64,000 bases of DNA. Source: Mizuhopecten yessoensis. Taxonomy: Eukaryota. The DNA is taken from positions 306,286-370,285 of the forward strand of contig NW_018480050.1 of the NCBI RefSeq assembly GCF_002113885.1. The letters run 5' to 3'. Position 1 is the stretch's first letter, and each line of letters opens with the position of its first letter. The notes under the pieces were generated by a model. It made no database searches, was not told where the DNA came from, and saw nothing but the letters and a program-made list of their open reading frames with translations. A program made the position numbers and the translations under genes. Below are positions 13,327-27,205 of this stretch, piece by piece.

Positions 13327-16300
13327 TCATCTTTTGTATCTGGCGGATAAAGATGGGGGGAGAAGGACAGTATCGATGACGTGGATCACACCATTCGTTA
13401 CAGTGACGTCAGCAGTCGTGACCTTGGCGTCATTTATTATCACATTGGCTGCAAAACAAATATTTGCTATTAACTATTGTTGATGAAAATAAGATATTTC
13501 TAACGATCAATGTTACTGAAATATTTCATAAGTTGATTAACACACTAATTGATCAGGTCCATGATAATGATTAGACTGATTCGAAATCGGCAAAGAATAA
13601 TAAAAACAATGTCTTTGAAAACAGACTGGACGAGCACGCTGCCAGGCTGTCTAGTTTAAAAGGCTGGCAATCAATTCGCTTCCTTTTTACACTATCACAG
13701 ATGTCCAACATTTAGTATGGATACCCTGAGTTTTTCTTTTTTTCTGTTCTGCTGTAAGACAGCTGTAAACATCTTTGAGTTGTACTTTGGACATTGTTAT
13801 TCGATTCCTACTCAAAGGCAAGGTATTGACAACAATGAGGTACTACTGAATCATAAGATGATGAGGATTCAAAAAGGGATACAATTTTAATACAAGCAAC
13901 ATTTAAAAGTGAAACGTAATATACACACGAATATCGTTAAGTATAACAGATATTGTGCAAGACAGCATATACAGTCTGACTTAATAAACAAAGCTACCTC
14001 CCTGAGTTCAAGCTTATATTGACTAAATAGCGGAGTAGCTGAACTGACAATTATAAAGAGAAAGTTTAATTGTTCTCGTGATCCTTGGTTATTAAGTTTT
14101 AACTGTATCTTTAGAAGACTGACCTCCTTCAATCTTGACAGTCAGTTCCTGTTCGTTGGCGGCCTTCACCCTTTGGTTGTTACTGAGACCGGCACTGTAC
14201 ACTGTGCCTAGGATGACGTGGTACTCCAGTACATCTAAAAATAGAAACCAACGAGGATTTTTACTGGTTACAGAAAAAAAAAATATGTGGTTAACTTGTC
14301 TCACGTTAAATTACCATTTTCTTGAATGAAACTCTTTCAGGGTTGTTCTGTGCCACAGTACACCTAATATTCAGCCAAATTATAACGAAGAGTTAATACC
14401 ACGAAACTTTCGTGGACAGTTTGTTATTTTGCTTTTACGACCTTTTTAAAATAAATGAAACTTTCGTGATTGATCGGTGTGGCTTGACACCTGCAGAACT
14501 TAAACATGTGCCACTGATTAACGTTAATTTTCGTGGTTATTTTCTGTATTGATTAAGGGTTGCGGTCTTGGTGGTGATCTACTAATTGACTAGGGCGGTC
14601 TTGTTTGTGATCTACTCACTGACTACGGCGGTCTTGTTGGTGACCTACTCACTGACTAGGGCGGTCTTGGTGGTGATCTACTAATTGACTATGGCGGTCT
14701 TGGTGGTGATCTACTCACTGACTAGGGCGGTCTTGTTGGTAATCTACTCACTGACTAGGGCGGTCTTGTTGGTGATCTACTCACTGACTAGGGCGGTCTT
14801 GTTGGTGACCTACTGATTGACTAGGGCGGTCTTGTTGGTGACCTACTTAAAGTCTAATGCGATGCTGATGGTGCCCTACTTACTGACTAGGGCGGTTTTG
14901 TTGGTGATCTACTCACTGACTAGGGCGGTCTTGTTGGTGATCTACTCACTGACTAGGGCGGTCTTGTTGGTGATCTACTCACTGACTAGGGCGGTCTTGT
15001 TGGTGATCTACTCACTGACTAGGGCGGTCTTGTTGGTGATCTACTCACTGACTAGGGCGGTCTTGTTGGTGATCTACTCACTGACTAGGGCGGTCTTGTT
15101 GGTGATCTACTCACTGACTAGGGCGGTCTTGTTGGTGATCTACTCACTGACTAGGGCGGTCTTGTTGGTGATCTACTCACTGACTAGGGCGGTCTTGTTG
15201 GTGATCTACTCACTGACTAGGGCGGTCTTGTTGGTGATCTACTCACTGACTAGGGCGGTCTTGTTGGTGATCTACTCACTGACTAGGGCGGTCTTGTTGG
15301 TGATCTACTCACTGACTAGGGCGGTCTTGTTGGTGATCTACTCACTGACTAGGGCGGTCTTGTTGGTGATCTACTCACTGACTAGGGCGGTCTTGTTGGT
15401 GATCTACTCACTGACTAGGGCGGTCTTGTTGGTGATCTACTCACTGACTAGGGCGGTCTTGTTGGTGATCTACTCACTGACTAGGGCGGTCTTGTTGGTG
15501 ATCTACTCACTGACTAGGGCGGTCTTGTTGGTGATCTACTCACTGACTAGGGCGGTCTTGTTGGTGATCTACTCACTGACTAGGGCGGTCTTGTTGGTGA
15601 TCTACTCACTGACTAGGGCGGTCTTGTTGGTGATCTACTCACTGACTAGGGCGGTCTTGTTGGTGATCTACTCACTGACTAGGGCGGTCTTGTTGGTGAT
15701 CTACTCACTGACTAGGGCGGTCTTGTTGGTGATCTACTCACTGACTAGGGCGGTCTTGTTGGTGATCTACTCACTGACTAGGGCGGTCTTGTTGGTGATC
15801 TACTCACTGACTAGGGCGGTCTTGTTGGTGATCTACTCACTGACTAGGGCGGTCTTGTTGGTGATCTACTCACTGACTAGGGCGGTCTTGTTGGTGATCT
15901 ACTCACTGACTAGGGCGGTCTTGTTGGTGATCTACTCACTGACTAGGGCGGTCTTGTTGGTGATCTACTCACTGACTAGGGCGGTCTTGTTGGTGATCTA
16001 CTCACTGACTAGGGCGGTCTTGTTGGTGATCTACTCACTGACTAGGGCGGTCTTGTTGGTGATCTACTCACTGACTAGGGCGGTCTTGTTGGTGATCTAC
16101 TCACTGACTAGGGCGGTCTTGTTGGTGATCTACTCACTGACTAGGGCGGTCTTGTTGGTGATCTACTCACTGACTAGGGCGGTCTTGTTGGTGATCTACT
16201 CACTGACTAGGGCGGTCTTGTTGGTGATCTACTCACTGACTAGGGCGGTCTTGTTGGTGATCTACTCACTGACTAGGGCGGTCTTGTTGGTGATCTACTC

Positions 16301-19300
16301 ACTGACTAGGGCGGTCTTGTTGGTGATCTACTCACTGACTAGGGCGGTCTTGTTGGTGATCTACTCACTGACTAGGGCGGTCTTGTTGGTGATCTACTCA
16401 CTGACTAGGGCGGTCTTGTTGGTGATCTACTCACTGACTAGGGCGGTCTTGTTGGTGATCTACTCACTGACTAGGGCGGTCTTGTTGGTGATCTACTCAC
16501 TGACTAGGGCGGTCTTGTTGGTGATCTACTCACTGACTAGGGCGGTCTTGTTGGTGATCTACTCACTGACTAGGGCGGTCTTGTTGGTGATCTACTCACT
16601 GACTAGGGCGGTCTTGTTGGTGATCTACTCACTGACTAGGGCGGTCTTGTTGGTGATCTACTCACTGACTAGGGCGGTCTTGTTGGTGATCTACTCACTG
16701 ACTAGGGCGGTCTTGTTGGTGATCTACTCACTGACTAGGGCGGTCTTGTTGGTGATCTACTCACTGACTAGGGCGGTCTTGTTGGTGATCTACTCACTGA
16801 CTAGGGCGGTCTTGTTGGTGATCTACTCACTGACTAGGGCGGTCTTGTTGGTGATCTACTCACTGACTAGGGCGGTCTTGTTGGTGATCTACTCACTGAC
16901 TAGGGCGGTCTTGTTGGTGATCTACTCACTGACTAGGGCGGTCTTGTTGGTGATCTACTCACTGACTAGGGCGGTCTTGTTGGTGACCTACTGATTGACT
17001 AGGGCGGTCTTGTTGGTGACCTACTTAAAGTCTAATGCGATGCTGATGGTGCCCTACTTACTGACTAGGGTGGTCTTGTTGGCGACCTACTTACTGACTA
17101 GGGCGGTCTTGTTCTGCAGGAGTTCGTTAATGAGTCCTGGTGGTAGTTTATCAAATGCGGCATCCGTTGGAGCGAACAGAGTGAAGGGTCCGCCTGCCAA
17201 ACAGATGTCAAGTTGTGGTGTTATCAATGTACGCTTATAAACATTATGTTATTAGTGTGTCATATCATAACAATATAGTTGTGATATTAATCATCGATGG
17301 AAACGTGATTTCAAGTTGCAGTCTATTTTTTACTCCAAAATAGGAAGACGTGTTGAATGTTTATAGAACGTTCAACAAGCTTACCATTGCGAAGAAACGA
17401 CTGCAAAAGCTTTCATTCTGTCAAGAAATCATCTATTTTGTAAATACTTACTAAATGATTTCGGCGGAAAAGCGACTTTCAAGCTTGCCAGTAGTCTATA
17501 CGATAATACAATCACAGAAATGGAGGAGACACAATGGACACCCACAGAAACCTGGAAGCGAAACCAGACGTTCCAGATTTTAGGTGTTAATTATTACATT
17601 GATCTTTCCTTTGTTCATAGTAATAGATTTGGTCGTTTTCAACGTCACAAAATACGTGCATTATTTACACTCGTTATAAACCTAAATCTGTGGTCGTCGA
17701 AAAAAAGGAATACTTTTGTGTTTGATATATCGGGATACATACGACACATGCCCTTAAGAAATATACACGTATGTGAATATGTACGATACCTTTGAAGAAG
17801 TCTATAAGATCAGCCATCGACACGATGTAGACGAGCTGGGAAAATGAGGGCGTGGCCGCGGCGTAATCCAGGAGGGACTGTGTTGGAAGTGGGTACAGGA
17901 CCTCGTTTATCATATGTACCACACCGTTAGTGGCGAATTGGTCCGCCAGTATCACACTGGCGCCGTTAACAGTCACCTTCTGTAACAGGTAGATATACGT
18001 ATGCAATTATAAAGTGGCTAACCTTGTCTGTTTAGTGGTTTACGTCCTCGACACAGTTTAGTTTAGGCACCACAAGTATCAAGACGATGTTCATGTAAAT
18101 GATAAGGGTGCACACAGGTAGCACTTTTTTCGTTCTCATTGAAAAGCAGTAACCTATACATAGTTGTATGATAAGTATCCCTATAATCCGTACAACGAAT
18201 GTTTCAGCGTAAAGGGAATTATTATAAATACGCAATCCAACAACATGGAAAATACATTCTGCTTAGGAGGTTCTACCATATTCTATAAACGCTTTAGGAA
18301 AACTATGATATTATCGGGAAATTTTGTTTGAAAAGAGAACAAAGAAGAAAAGTTTTTTAATACATCATTAATTAGTTATCGATCGAAACAAACCAAATGT
18401 TGATTTATTTTTTATTCGTCACATCTAGTCGTTCGAGGTAAAAAAAATCGAACATTCATTTTTTTTTAATTTATTGTAACTCATTTGTTGCTTGTTTGTC
18501 GATTGTTCTCCTGAAAGTCGAAGACAAAGGATTTATTTCAATAACTATTGAGGTAAGAATAAACAATATTATGTTCGTAAATGATTGTTAAAATATTAGC
18601 AGGTGGTACAGACTGTAAATAATGGTCGAGAGTGAAATATTTAGAATTATGATTACCGTACTTACTGAACCGTAAATGTTGACCCGCAGTTTTGACATTC
18701 CTTCCACGGTATCCACGACCATGTCGTTCTTCAGTTGGCCGGATGTGACGTTTCCACTGACCACGTGATAGGTCAGTACCTGTTTCAGCAACTCCTTGTC
18801 GCCTGACAGTTTGTCTAGGACACTCTGGGGCAAAGCTTTGAACGCCTTGTCCACGGGGGCAAACACAGTGAAAGGTCCTGAAGCGATAGAGATCCTGTTT
18901 ATTATTTAGGGAGATAATTGAAAGTCTTTGTATACGGAAAATTAATATAGTACAATGTAAATATAGAGAGAGAATGTTTACTTATGAAAGGTCATTGATA
19001 GTTAAGACTGTAAAAATCTTACAGTAAGTTTGCCAAAGTACTAGAGATAGGAAAGTTGAAGGGTCATGCATTCCCTTTTTCTTTCAAACCAATGACCATG
19101 TATTATCCGCGGATGCATATCATAGAAACAATCTGTGGAAGCAGACTTTGACCTAGTTGTCTTCTTGGGCAAACAAGGTGAAAGGTCAGAAAGGTCAAAC
19201 AGTGCTAAAGATAGTGTGTACTTGGTGGACAGCTCATAAAGCCTTATCCATTGGTGCAACAGGGTTAGCAGTCATGACATTGGGAGAAAGCTTGAAATGT

Positions 19301-19597
19301 CGAGTTCACAAAGGTAAAACAAGTGAATGGTCACCAAATTAGATAATCGTATTATTTATGTCTCGTCAACATTTCAAGTTGTGTCTTTTTATTAATATTT
19401 ATTACTTAGTCAATGAAAATAAAACTAATTGTTTTAATGTAAGTTTATCTATTCATGTAAATAAACATTAGGTCATAAATATAGTATATATCCTCCTTGT
19501 GTATGATTAGTGTGCGAAAAAATGATGTTATGCTAAATTGCCAAGATTTCATGTTGCATAAATATTTGATATAGACATACAATGGTCAACATAAACA

Positions 19598-19667
<70 letters not shown>

Positions 19668-20134
19668 AAGTATGTGTTTGTTGTAAATTAATTTATGTAT
19701 TATTAGAAATTGCATTATATTTATATGTTGTAAACCATTATGGAAAGGGCGTTTATAAGTTGCAATAACTTGTGTCCAATCCTTTTGTAATTATATTGCA
19801 ATAAAATATGTTTAAACTTAAAAAGGACAACGGTCCTACCGATACACAAATGTTACTCCTATATAAGACTTTGTGCATAAAAGTCATTGTTTGTATGAAT
19901 AGCTAAAGGGGGAGGGGGTTTGGAGCCGTAAACTATAAGACAGTATACTGAATATTAAAAAACACAACATTTTGTATGGTTACCTTCGCCGCTAAGAGTG
20001 TCCACCAAATCCGCATCCTTTACCAACGTGCCAAGGGTTTTACCTCCCAGCCTCTCAGCTGTCACTAAGACATTGTCCTCAGCGAATGCACTCCCACAGA
20101 GTAATAGCAATCCTAGAATGTGTGATCCGTCCAT
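13327..20134 (-). CDS. Secreted two-FAS1 domain protein, TGFBI/periostin-like, paralog B (294 aa)
   Basis: Exons 20134-19984, 18877-18666, 17979-17790, 17193-17095, 14234-14124, 13448-13327 (151/212/190/99/111/122 nt). Signal peptide [18 protein letters not shown]. Motifs [65 protein letters not shown]. Confidence 0.93.
14555..17113 (-). repeat. 33-bp minisatellite (about 75 copies) made of the FAS-B exon 4 / intron 4 junction
   Basis: Minus-strand unit AACAAGACCGCCCTAGTCA|gtgagtagatcacc. The first 19 nt are identical to the end of exon 4. Confidence 0.95.
19599..19667. repeat. (CT)n microsatellite
   Basis: About 34 CT units in FAS-B intron 1. Confidence 0.95.
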
Positions 20135-20727
20135 TGTGAAATGATTTTCTGATCTGATCGGTAAAGTCGGTCCGTTCCGTGTCTTGTACTATGTGCTGTG
20201 ACGTGATTTTACACGTGTCACGCTCAGACTCGTGTTTGACTTTCTGGCGTTAGGTAAAAGTTGGTGAATTTGTGTCAACATTATCTTGACCTACGTATGT
20301 TTATGTCACATGTGGTCAGTATTCAGGTCATCTGACCACTCACGTGAGCTAACACAACAGATAAGGCCATGGATTCACAAATATTTGGATGCAATTGGTT
20401 ATATACAATACATGTTAACTACTTATAACGTATTTAAGTAAGCTTTCTTGTCTAGGATCTATAATTCACTCTAATTCCAGTAGGTGAATCATGTCAATAC
20501 TAAATAGCATAGGACTAGTTTATCAGGGATATTTTCATAACATTGTAATTTTCATGACTGTAACTGCAATGCTTATCAGTTACGCGAACTTTTTGGATCT
20601 TTCATAATTCCAAATTCACCGTTATGAACTTACTTAATATTGTATGAATGCAAATACAGAAAATAAAATACATGTATCTATCTCGAGTAGATGTTTTAGG
20701 TGTAGAGAAACACATGCCATACACGCC

Positions 20728-23700
20728 TGTGGTGGAGGGCAGCTCGGGGAGGTTGGGATAGGCTCCTGTTTTTGTATGTTTACTTGATCACGTTTGGTGT
20801 CTTTATACAGGTTTGTGGTGGAGGGGAGCTCGGGGAGGTTGGGATAGGCTCCTGTTTTTGTATGTTTACTTGATCACGTTTGGTGTCTTTATACAGGTTT
20901 GTGGTGGAGGGGAGCTCGGGGAGGTTGGGATAGGCTCCTGTTTTTGTATGTTTACTTGATCACGTTTGGTGTCTTTATACAGGTTTGTGGTGGAGGGGAG
21001 CTCGGGGAGGTTGGGATAGGCTCCTGTTTTTGTATGTTTACTTGATCACGTTTGGTGTCTTTATACAGGTTTGTGGTGGAGGGGAGCTCGGGGAGGTTGG
21101 GATAGGCTCCTGTTTTTGTATGTTTACTTGATCACGTTTGGTGTCTTTATACAGGTTTGTGGTGGAGGGGAGCTCGGGGAGGTTGGGATAGGCTCCTGTT
21201 TTTGTATGTTTACTTGATCACGTTTGGTGTCTTTATACAGGTTTGTGGTGGAGGGGAGCTCGGGGAGGTTGGGATAGGCTCCTGTTTTTGTATGTTTACT
21301 TGATCACGTTTGGTGTCTTTATACAGGTTTGTGGTGGAGGGGAGCTCGGGGAGGTTGGGATAGGCTCCTGTTTTTGTATGTTTACTTGATCACGTTTGGT
21401 GTCTTTATACAGGTTTGTGGTGGAGGGGAGCTCGGGGAGGTTGGGATAGGCTCCTGTTTTTGTATGTTTACTTGATCACGTTTGGTGTCTTTATACAGGT
21501 TTGTGGTGGAGGGGAGCTCGGGGAGGTTGGGATAGGCTCCTGTTTTTGTATGTTTACTTGATCACGTTTGGTGTCTTTATACAGGTTTGTGGTGGAGGGG
21601 AGCTCGGGGAGGTTGGGATAGGCTCCTGTTTTTGTATGTTTACTTGATCACGTTTGGTGTCTTTATACAGGTTTGTGGTGGAGGGGAGCTCGGGGAGGTT
21701 GGGATAGGCTCCTGTTTTTGTATGTTTACTTGATCACGTTTGGTGTCTTTATACAGGTTTGTGGTGGAGGGGAGCTCGGGGAGGTTGGGATAGGCTCCTG
21801 TTTTTGTATGTTTACTTGATCACGTTTGGTGTCTTTATACAGGTTTGTGGTGGAGGGGAGCTCGGGGAGGTTGGGATAGGCTCCTGTTTTTGTATGTTTA
21901 CTTGATCACGTTTGGTGTCTTTATACAGGTTTGTGGTGGAGGGGAGCTCGGGGAGGTTGGGATAGGCTCCTGTTTTTGTATGTTTACTTGATCACGTTTG
22001 GTGTCTTTATACAGGTTTGTGGTGGAGGGGAGCTCGGGGAGGTTGGGATAGGCTCCTGTTTTTGTATGTTTACTTGATCACGTTTGGTGTCTTTATACAG
22101 GTTTGTGGTGGAGGGGAGCTCGGGGAGGTTGGGATAGGCTCCTGTTTTTGTATGTTTACTTGATCACGTTTGGTGTCTTTATACAGGTTTGTGGTGGAGG
22201 GGAGCTCGGGGAGGTTGGGATAGGCTCCTGTTTTTGTATGTTTACTTGATCACGTTTGGTGTCTTTATACAGGTTTGTGGTGGAGGGGAGCTCGGGGAGG
22301 TTGGGATAGGCTCCTGTTTTTGTATGTTTACTTGATCACGTTTGGTGTCTTTATACAGGTTTGTGGTGGAGGGGAGCTCGGGGAGGTTGGGATAGGCTCC
22401 TGTTTTTGTATGTTTACTTGATCACGTTTGGTGTCTTTATACAGGTTTGTGGTGGAGGGGAGCTCGGGGAGGTTGGGATAGGCTCCTGTTTTTGTATGTT
22501 TACTTGATCACGTTTGGTGTCTTTATACAGGTTTGTGGTGGAGGGGAGCTCGGGGAGGTTGGGATAGGCTCCTGTTTTTGTATGTTTACTTGATCACGTT
22601 TGGTGTCTTTATACAGGTTTGTGGTGGAGGGGAGCTCGGGGAGGTTGGGATAGGCTCCTGTTTTTGTATGTTTACTTGATCACGTTTGGTGTCTTTATAC
22701 AGGTTTGTGGTGGAGGGGAGCTCGGGGAGGTTGGGATAGGCTCCTGTTTTTGTATGTTTACTTGATCACGTTTGGTGTCTTTATACAGGTTTGTGGTGGA
22801 GGGGAGCTCGGGGAGGTTGGGATAGGCTCCTGTTTTTGTATGTTTACTTGATCACGTTTGGTGTCTTTATACAGGTTTGTGGTGGAGGGGAGCTCGGGGA
22901 GGTTGGGATAGGCTCCTGTTTTTGTATGTTTACTTGATCACGTTTGGTGTCTTTATACAGGTTTGTGGTGGAGGGGAGCTCGGGGAGGTTGGGATAGGCT
23001 CCTGTTTTTGTATGTTTACTTGATCACGTTTGGTGTCTTTATACAGGTTTGTGGTGGAGGGGAGCTCGGGGAGGTTGGGATAGGCTCCTGTTTTTGTATG
23101 TTTACTTGATCACGTTTGGTGTCTTTATACAGGTTTGTGGTGGAGGGGAGCTCGGGGAGGTTGGGATAGGCTCCTGTTTTTGTATGTTTACTTGATCACG
23201 TTTGGTGTCTTTATACAGGTTTGTGGTGGAGGGGAGCTCGGGGAGGTTGGGATAGGCTCCTGTTTTTGTATGTTTACTTGATCCCGTTTGGTGTCTTTAT
23301 ACAGGTTTGTGGTGGAGGGGAGCTCGGGGAGGTTGAGATAGGCTCCTGTTTTTGTATGTTTACTTGATCACTTTTGGTGTCTTTATACAGGTTTGTGGTG
23401 GACGGGAGCTCGGGGAGGTTGGGATAGGCTTCTGTTTCTGTATGTTTACTTGATCACTTTTGTTGTCTTTATATAGGTTTGTGGTGGACGGGAGCTCGGG
23501 GAGGTTGGGATAGGCTCCTGGTTTTGTATGTTTACTTGATCACGTTTGGTGTCTTTATACAGGCTTGTGGTGGAGGGGAGCTCGGGGAGGTTGTGATAGG
23601 CTCCTGTTTTTGTATGTTTACTTGATCCCGTTTGCTGTCTTTATGCAGGTTTGTGGTGGAGGGGAGCTCGGGGAGGTGGGGATAGGCTCCTGTTTTTGTA

Positions 23701-25851
23701 TGTTTACCTGATCCCGTTTGGTGTCTTTATACAGGTTGGTGGTGGAGCGGAGCTCGGGGAGGTTGGGATAGGCTCCTGTTTTTGTATGTTTACTCGATCA
23801 CTTTTGGTGTCTTTATACAGGTTTTTGGTGGAGGGGAGCTCGGCGAGGTTGGGATAGGCTCTTGTTTTTGTATGTTTACTTGATCCCGTTTGGTGTCTTT
23901 ATACAGGTTGGTGGTGGAGCGGAGCTCGGGGAGGTTGGGATAGGCTCCTGTGTGTCTTTATACAGGTTTGTGGTGGAGGGGAGCCCGGGGAGGTTGAGAT
24001 AGGCTCCTGTTTTTGTATGTTTTCCTGATCCCGTTTGGTGTCTTTATACAGGTTTGTGGTGGAGGGCAGCTCGGGGAGGTTGGGATAGGCTCCTGTTTTT
24101 GTATGGTTACTTGATCCCGTTTGGTGTCTTTATACATGTTTGTGGTGGAGGGGAGCTCGGAGATGTTGGGATAGGCTCCTGTTTTTGTATGTTTTCTTGA
24201 TCACTTTTGGTGTCTTTATACAGGTTTTTGGTGGAGGGGAGCTCGGCGAGGTTGGGATAGGCTCTTGGTTTTGTATGTTTACTTGATCCCGGTTGGTGTC
24301 TTTATACAGGTTTGTGGTGGACGGGGGCTCGGGGAGGTTGGGATAGGCTTCTGTTTCTGTATGTTTACTTGATCACTTTTGTTGTCTTTATATAGGTTTG
24401 TGGTGGAAGGGAGCTCGGGGAGGTTGGGATAGGCTCCTGTGTGTCTTTATACAGGTTTGTGGTGGAGGGGAGCTCTGGGAGGTTGAGATAGGCTCCTGTT
24501 TTTGTATGGTTACTTGATCACTTTTGGTGTCTTTATACAGGTTTGTGGTGGAGCGGAGCTCGGGGAGGTTGGGATAGGCTCCTGTGTGTCTTTATACAGG
24601 TTTGTGGTGGAGGGCAGCTCGGGGAGGTTGGGATAGGCTCCTGTTTTTGTATGTTTACTTGATCACTTTTGGTGTCTTTATACAGGTTTTTGGTGGAGGG
24701 GAGCTCGGCGAGGTTGGGATAGGCTCTTGGTTTTGTATGTTTACTTGATCCCGGTTGGTGTCTTTATACAGGTTTGTGGTGGACGGGAGCTCGGGGAGGA
24801 TGGGATAGGCTCCTGTTTTTGTATGTTTACCTGATCCCGTTTGGTGTCTTTATACAGGTTTGGGGTGGAGGGGAGCTCGGGGAGGTTGGGATAGGCTTCT
24901 GATTCTGTATGTTTACTTGATCACTTTTGTTGTCTTTATATAGGTTTGTGGTGGAGGGGAGCTCGGGGAGGTGGGGATAGGCTCCTGTTTTTGTATGTTT
25001 ACTCGATCACTTTTGGTGTCTTTATACAGGTTTGTGGTGGTGGGGAGCTCGGCGAGGTTGGGATAGGCTCTTGGTTTTGTATGTTTACTTGATCCCGGTT
25101 GGTGTCTTTATACAGGTTTGTGGTGGAGGGGAGCCCGGGGAGGTTGAGATAGGCTCCTGTTTTTGTATGTTTACTTGATCTCTTTTGGTGTCTTTATACA
25201 GGTTTGTGGTGGTGGGGAGCTCGGCGAGGTTGGGATAGGCTCTTGTTTTTGTATGTTTACTTGATCCCGTTTTTGGGATAGGCTTCTGTTTCTGTATGTT
25301 TACTTGATCACTTTTGTTGTCTTTATATAGGTTTGTGGTGGACGGGAGCTCGGGAAGGTTGGGATAGGCTCCTGTTTTTGTATGGTTACTTGATCACTTT
25401 TGGTGTCTTTATACAGGTTTGTGGTGGAGGGGAGCTCTGGGAGGTTGAGATAGGCTCCTGTTTTTGTATGTTTTCCTGATCCCGTTTGGTGTCTTTATAC
25501 AGGTTGGTGGTGGAGCGGAGCTCGGGGAGGTTGGGATAGGCTCCTGGTTTTGTATGTTTACTTGATCACGTTTGGTGTCTTTATGCAGGTTTGTGGTGGA
25601 GCGGAGCTCGGGGAGGTTGAGATAGGCTCCTGTTTTTATATGTTTACTTGATCCCGTTTGGTGTCTTTATCCAGGTTTGTGGTGGAGGGGAGCTCGGAGA
25701 GGTTGGGATATGCTCCTGTTTTTGTATGTTTACTTGATCCCGTTTGCTGTCTTTATGCAGGTTTGTGGTGGAGGGGAGCTCGGGGAGGTTGTGATAGGCT
25801 CCTGTTTTTGTATGTTTACTTGATCACTTTTGGTGTCTTTATACAGGTTTG
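20728..25851. repeat. 86-bp G/T-rich tandem satellite, about 60 copies
   Basis: Unit gtggtggaggggagctcggggaggttgggataggctcctgtttttgtatgtttacttgatcacgtttggtgtctttatacaggttt. Essentially invariant to about 23280, then variable. Confidence 0.95.
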
Positions 25852-27205
25852 CATTTTTCCTTTGACAGATTGATGGTATCAACACAGAGAGTTCAATTTT
25901 AAACTTTCTTTAAGTAAGGATAATTGTGATAAAATGTGACATTAAAATGGAAATAATACTCATAATATTCTCCTGATTGGTGAGGACAATAGTGGCCAAT
26001 ATAACGATGCTCTGCTGCCTCAAGGATCCATTTCAGTAGATATTGTATCCTATACACGTCCAATAGGTTAATATTTTCATTAATTAACTAACCCAAATCA
26101 ACGCTCAATATTTCAACCACATGTCCTGAAGGTCCGCCTTCCAGGTTAGGCGAGAATACTCATGATTGTATTTAAAATATGACGTCTTGTACGAATATGT
26201 TAATTTTAATGTAACTTAACCTGATTAGATACACACTGTCTTAAAAGTAATACTTCGTCATATTCAAGAGCAAAAATATGTCGAAATAAAAATAACAAAA
26301 AATTGCAGAAGAAACTGATATTTAATTAAGAAACTCGTGATACCATTAGACCTCCTTGCTCTACATCTTCAAATTCCTTTAAAACCTTGAGTTCTTTTGT
26401 AAAAGTATGCAATCATGTTTATTGATGGAACATTGTTTTTATTTTTGCTTTAAACGTTAATTATTTTGTAATGGTATGTTTTACTGTTTTATGTTTAGTA
26501 ACCCAATGTAGTTGCTAAAGTCTGATTATTGTTATGACGTCATAATAGCAATGTTGGATAACATTGAAATTACATGAAACATGACTGCTTTACTAATTGA
26601 ACAAGCATGTAATATATAAATTTATATATATTTAAACTGAACAAAATGCTGACAATTCAAGAAATACACGATATTTACTAACCTATTGAGTATCCGAAAT
26701 AATGACAAATGCAGTCATTGAATGCAATTCTGACAGCATTTATCATTTATATTGACTTATATAATAACATATCGATAGCAACAGCGCCTTGAATTTCATA
26801 TTCCATGATTACGTCGAATGACGTCATTTGGTGTCAATTTACAATGTCACATACTTAAAGCAAAAATATTTAACAAAATATCTACATTAATAAATGTTAT
26901 ATCAGTACCTCGTTATGTTTAATATCTATGGAATGAAACGAATTGTCGAAAAATATTAAGGTATGAAATCCAGTGGCTTACAAACATATCCCATAAATCA
27001 GGGTTTATTTATAAATTGTATATTGGAAATGTGAACATTATTATGACATCATCTTGAATGAAAATGATAAGCAAATGTCTGCATCACACTCGAACCTACT
27101 ACATCTTGCATAACATGCAATATTATAGCCACTTCAATGACAAGAAAACAAAAAAAAAATGATTCATTTATCTTATTTCACGAATTACGTCATTTGCTAT
27201 CTACA

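Noticed and set aside
14817-16994. 725-aa ORF ([11 protein letters not shown])n
   Set aside because: It is the antisense reading of the 33-bp junction repeat, starts at TTG and has no exon context. It is open only because the unit is a multiple of 3 with no stop in that frame.
20728-25851. CRISPR-like appearance of the regular arrays (also 14.6-17.1, 29-31.5 and 46.7-48.9 kb)
   Set aside because: Head-to-tail units without unique spacers, no cas genes, and a eukaryotic context.
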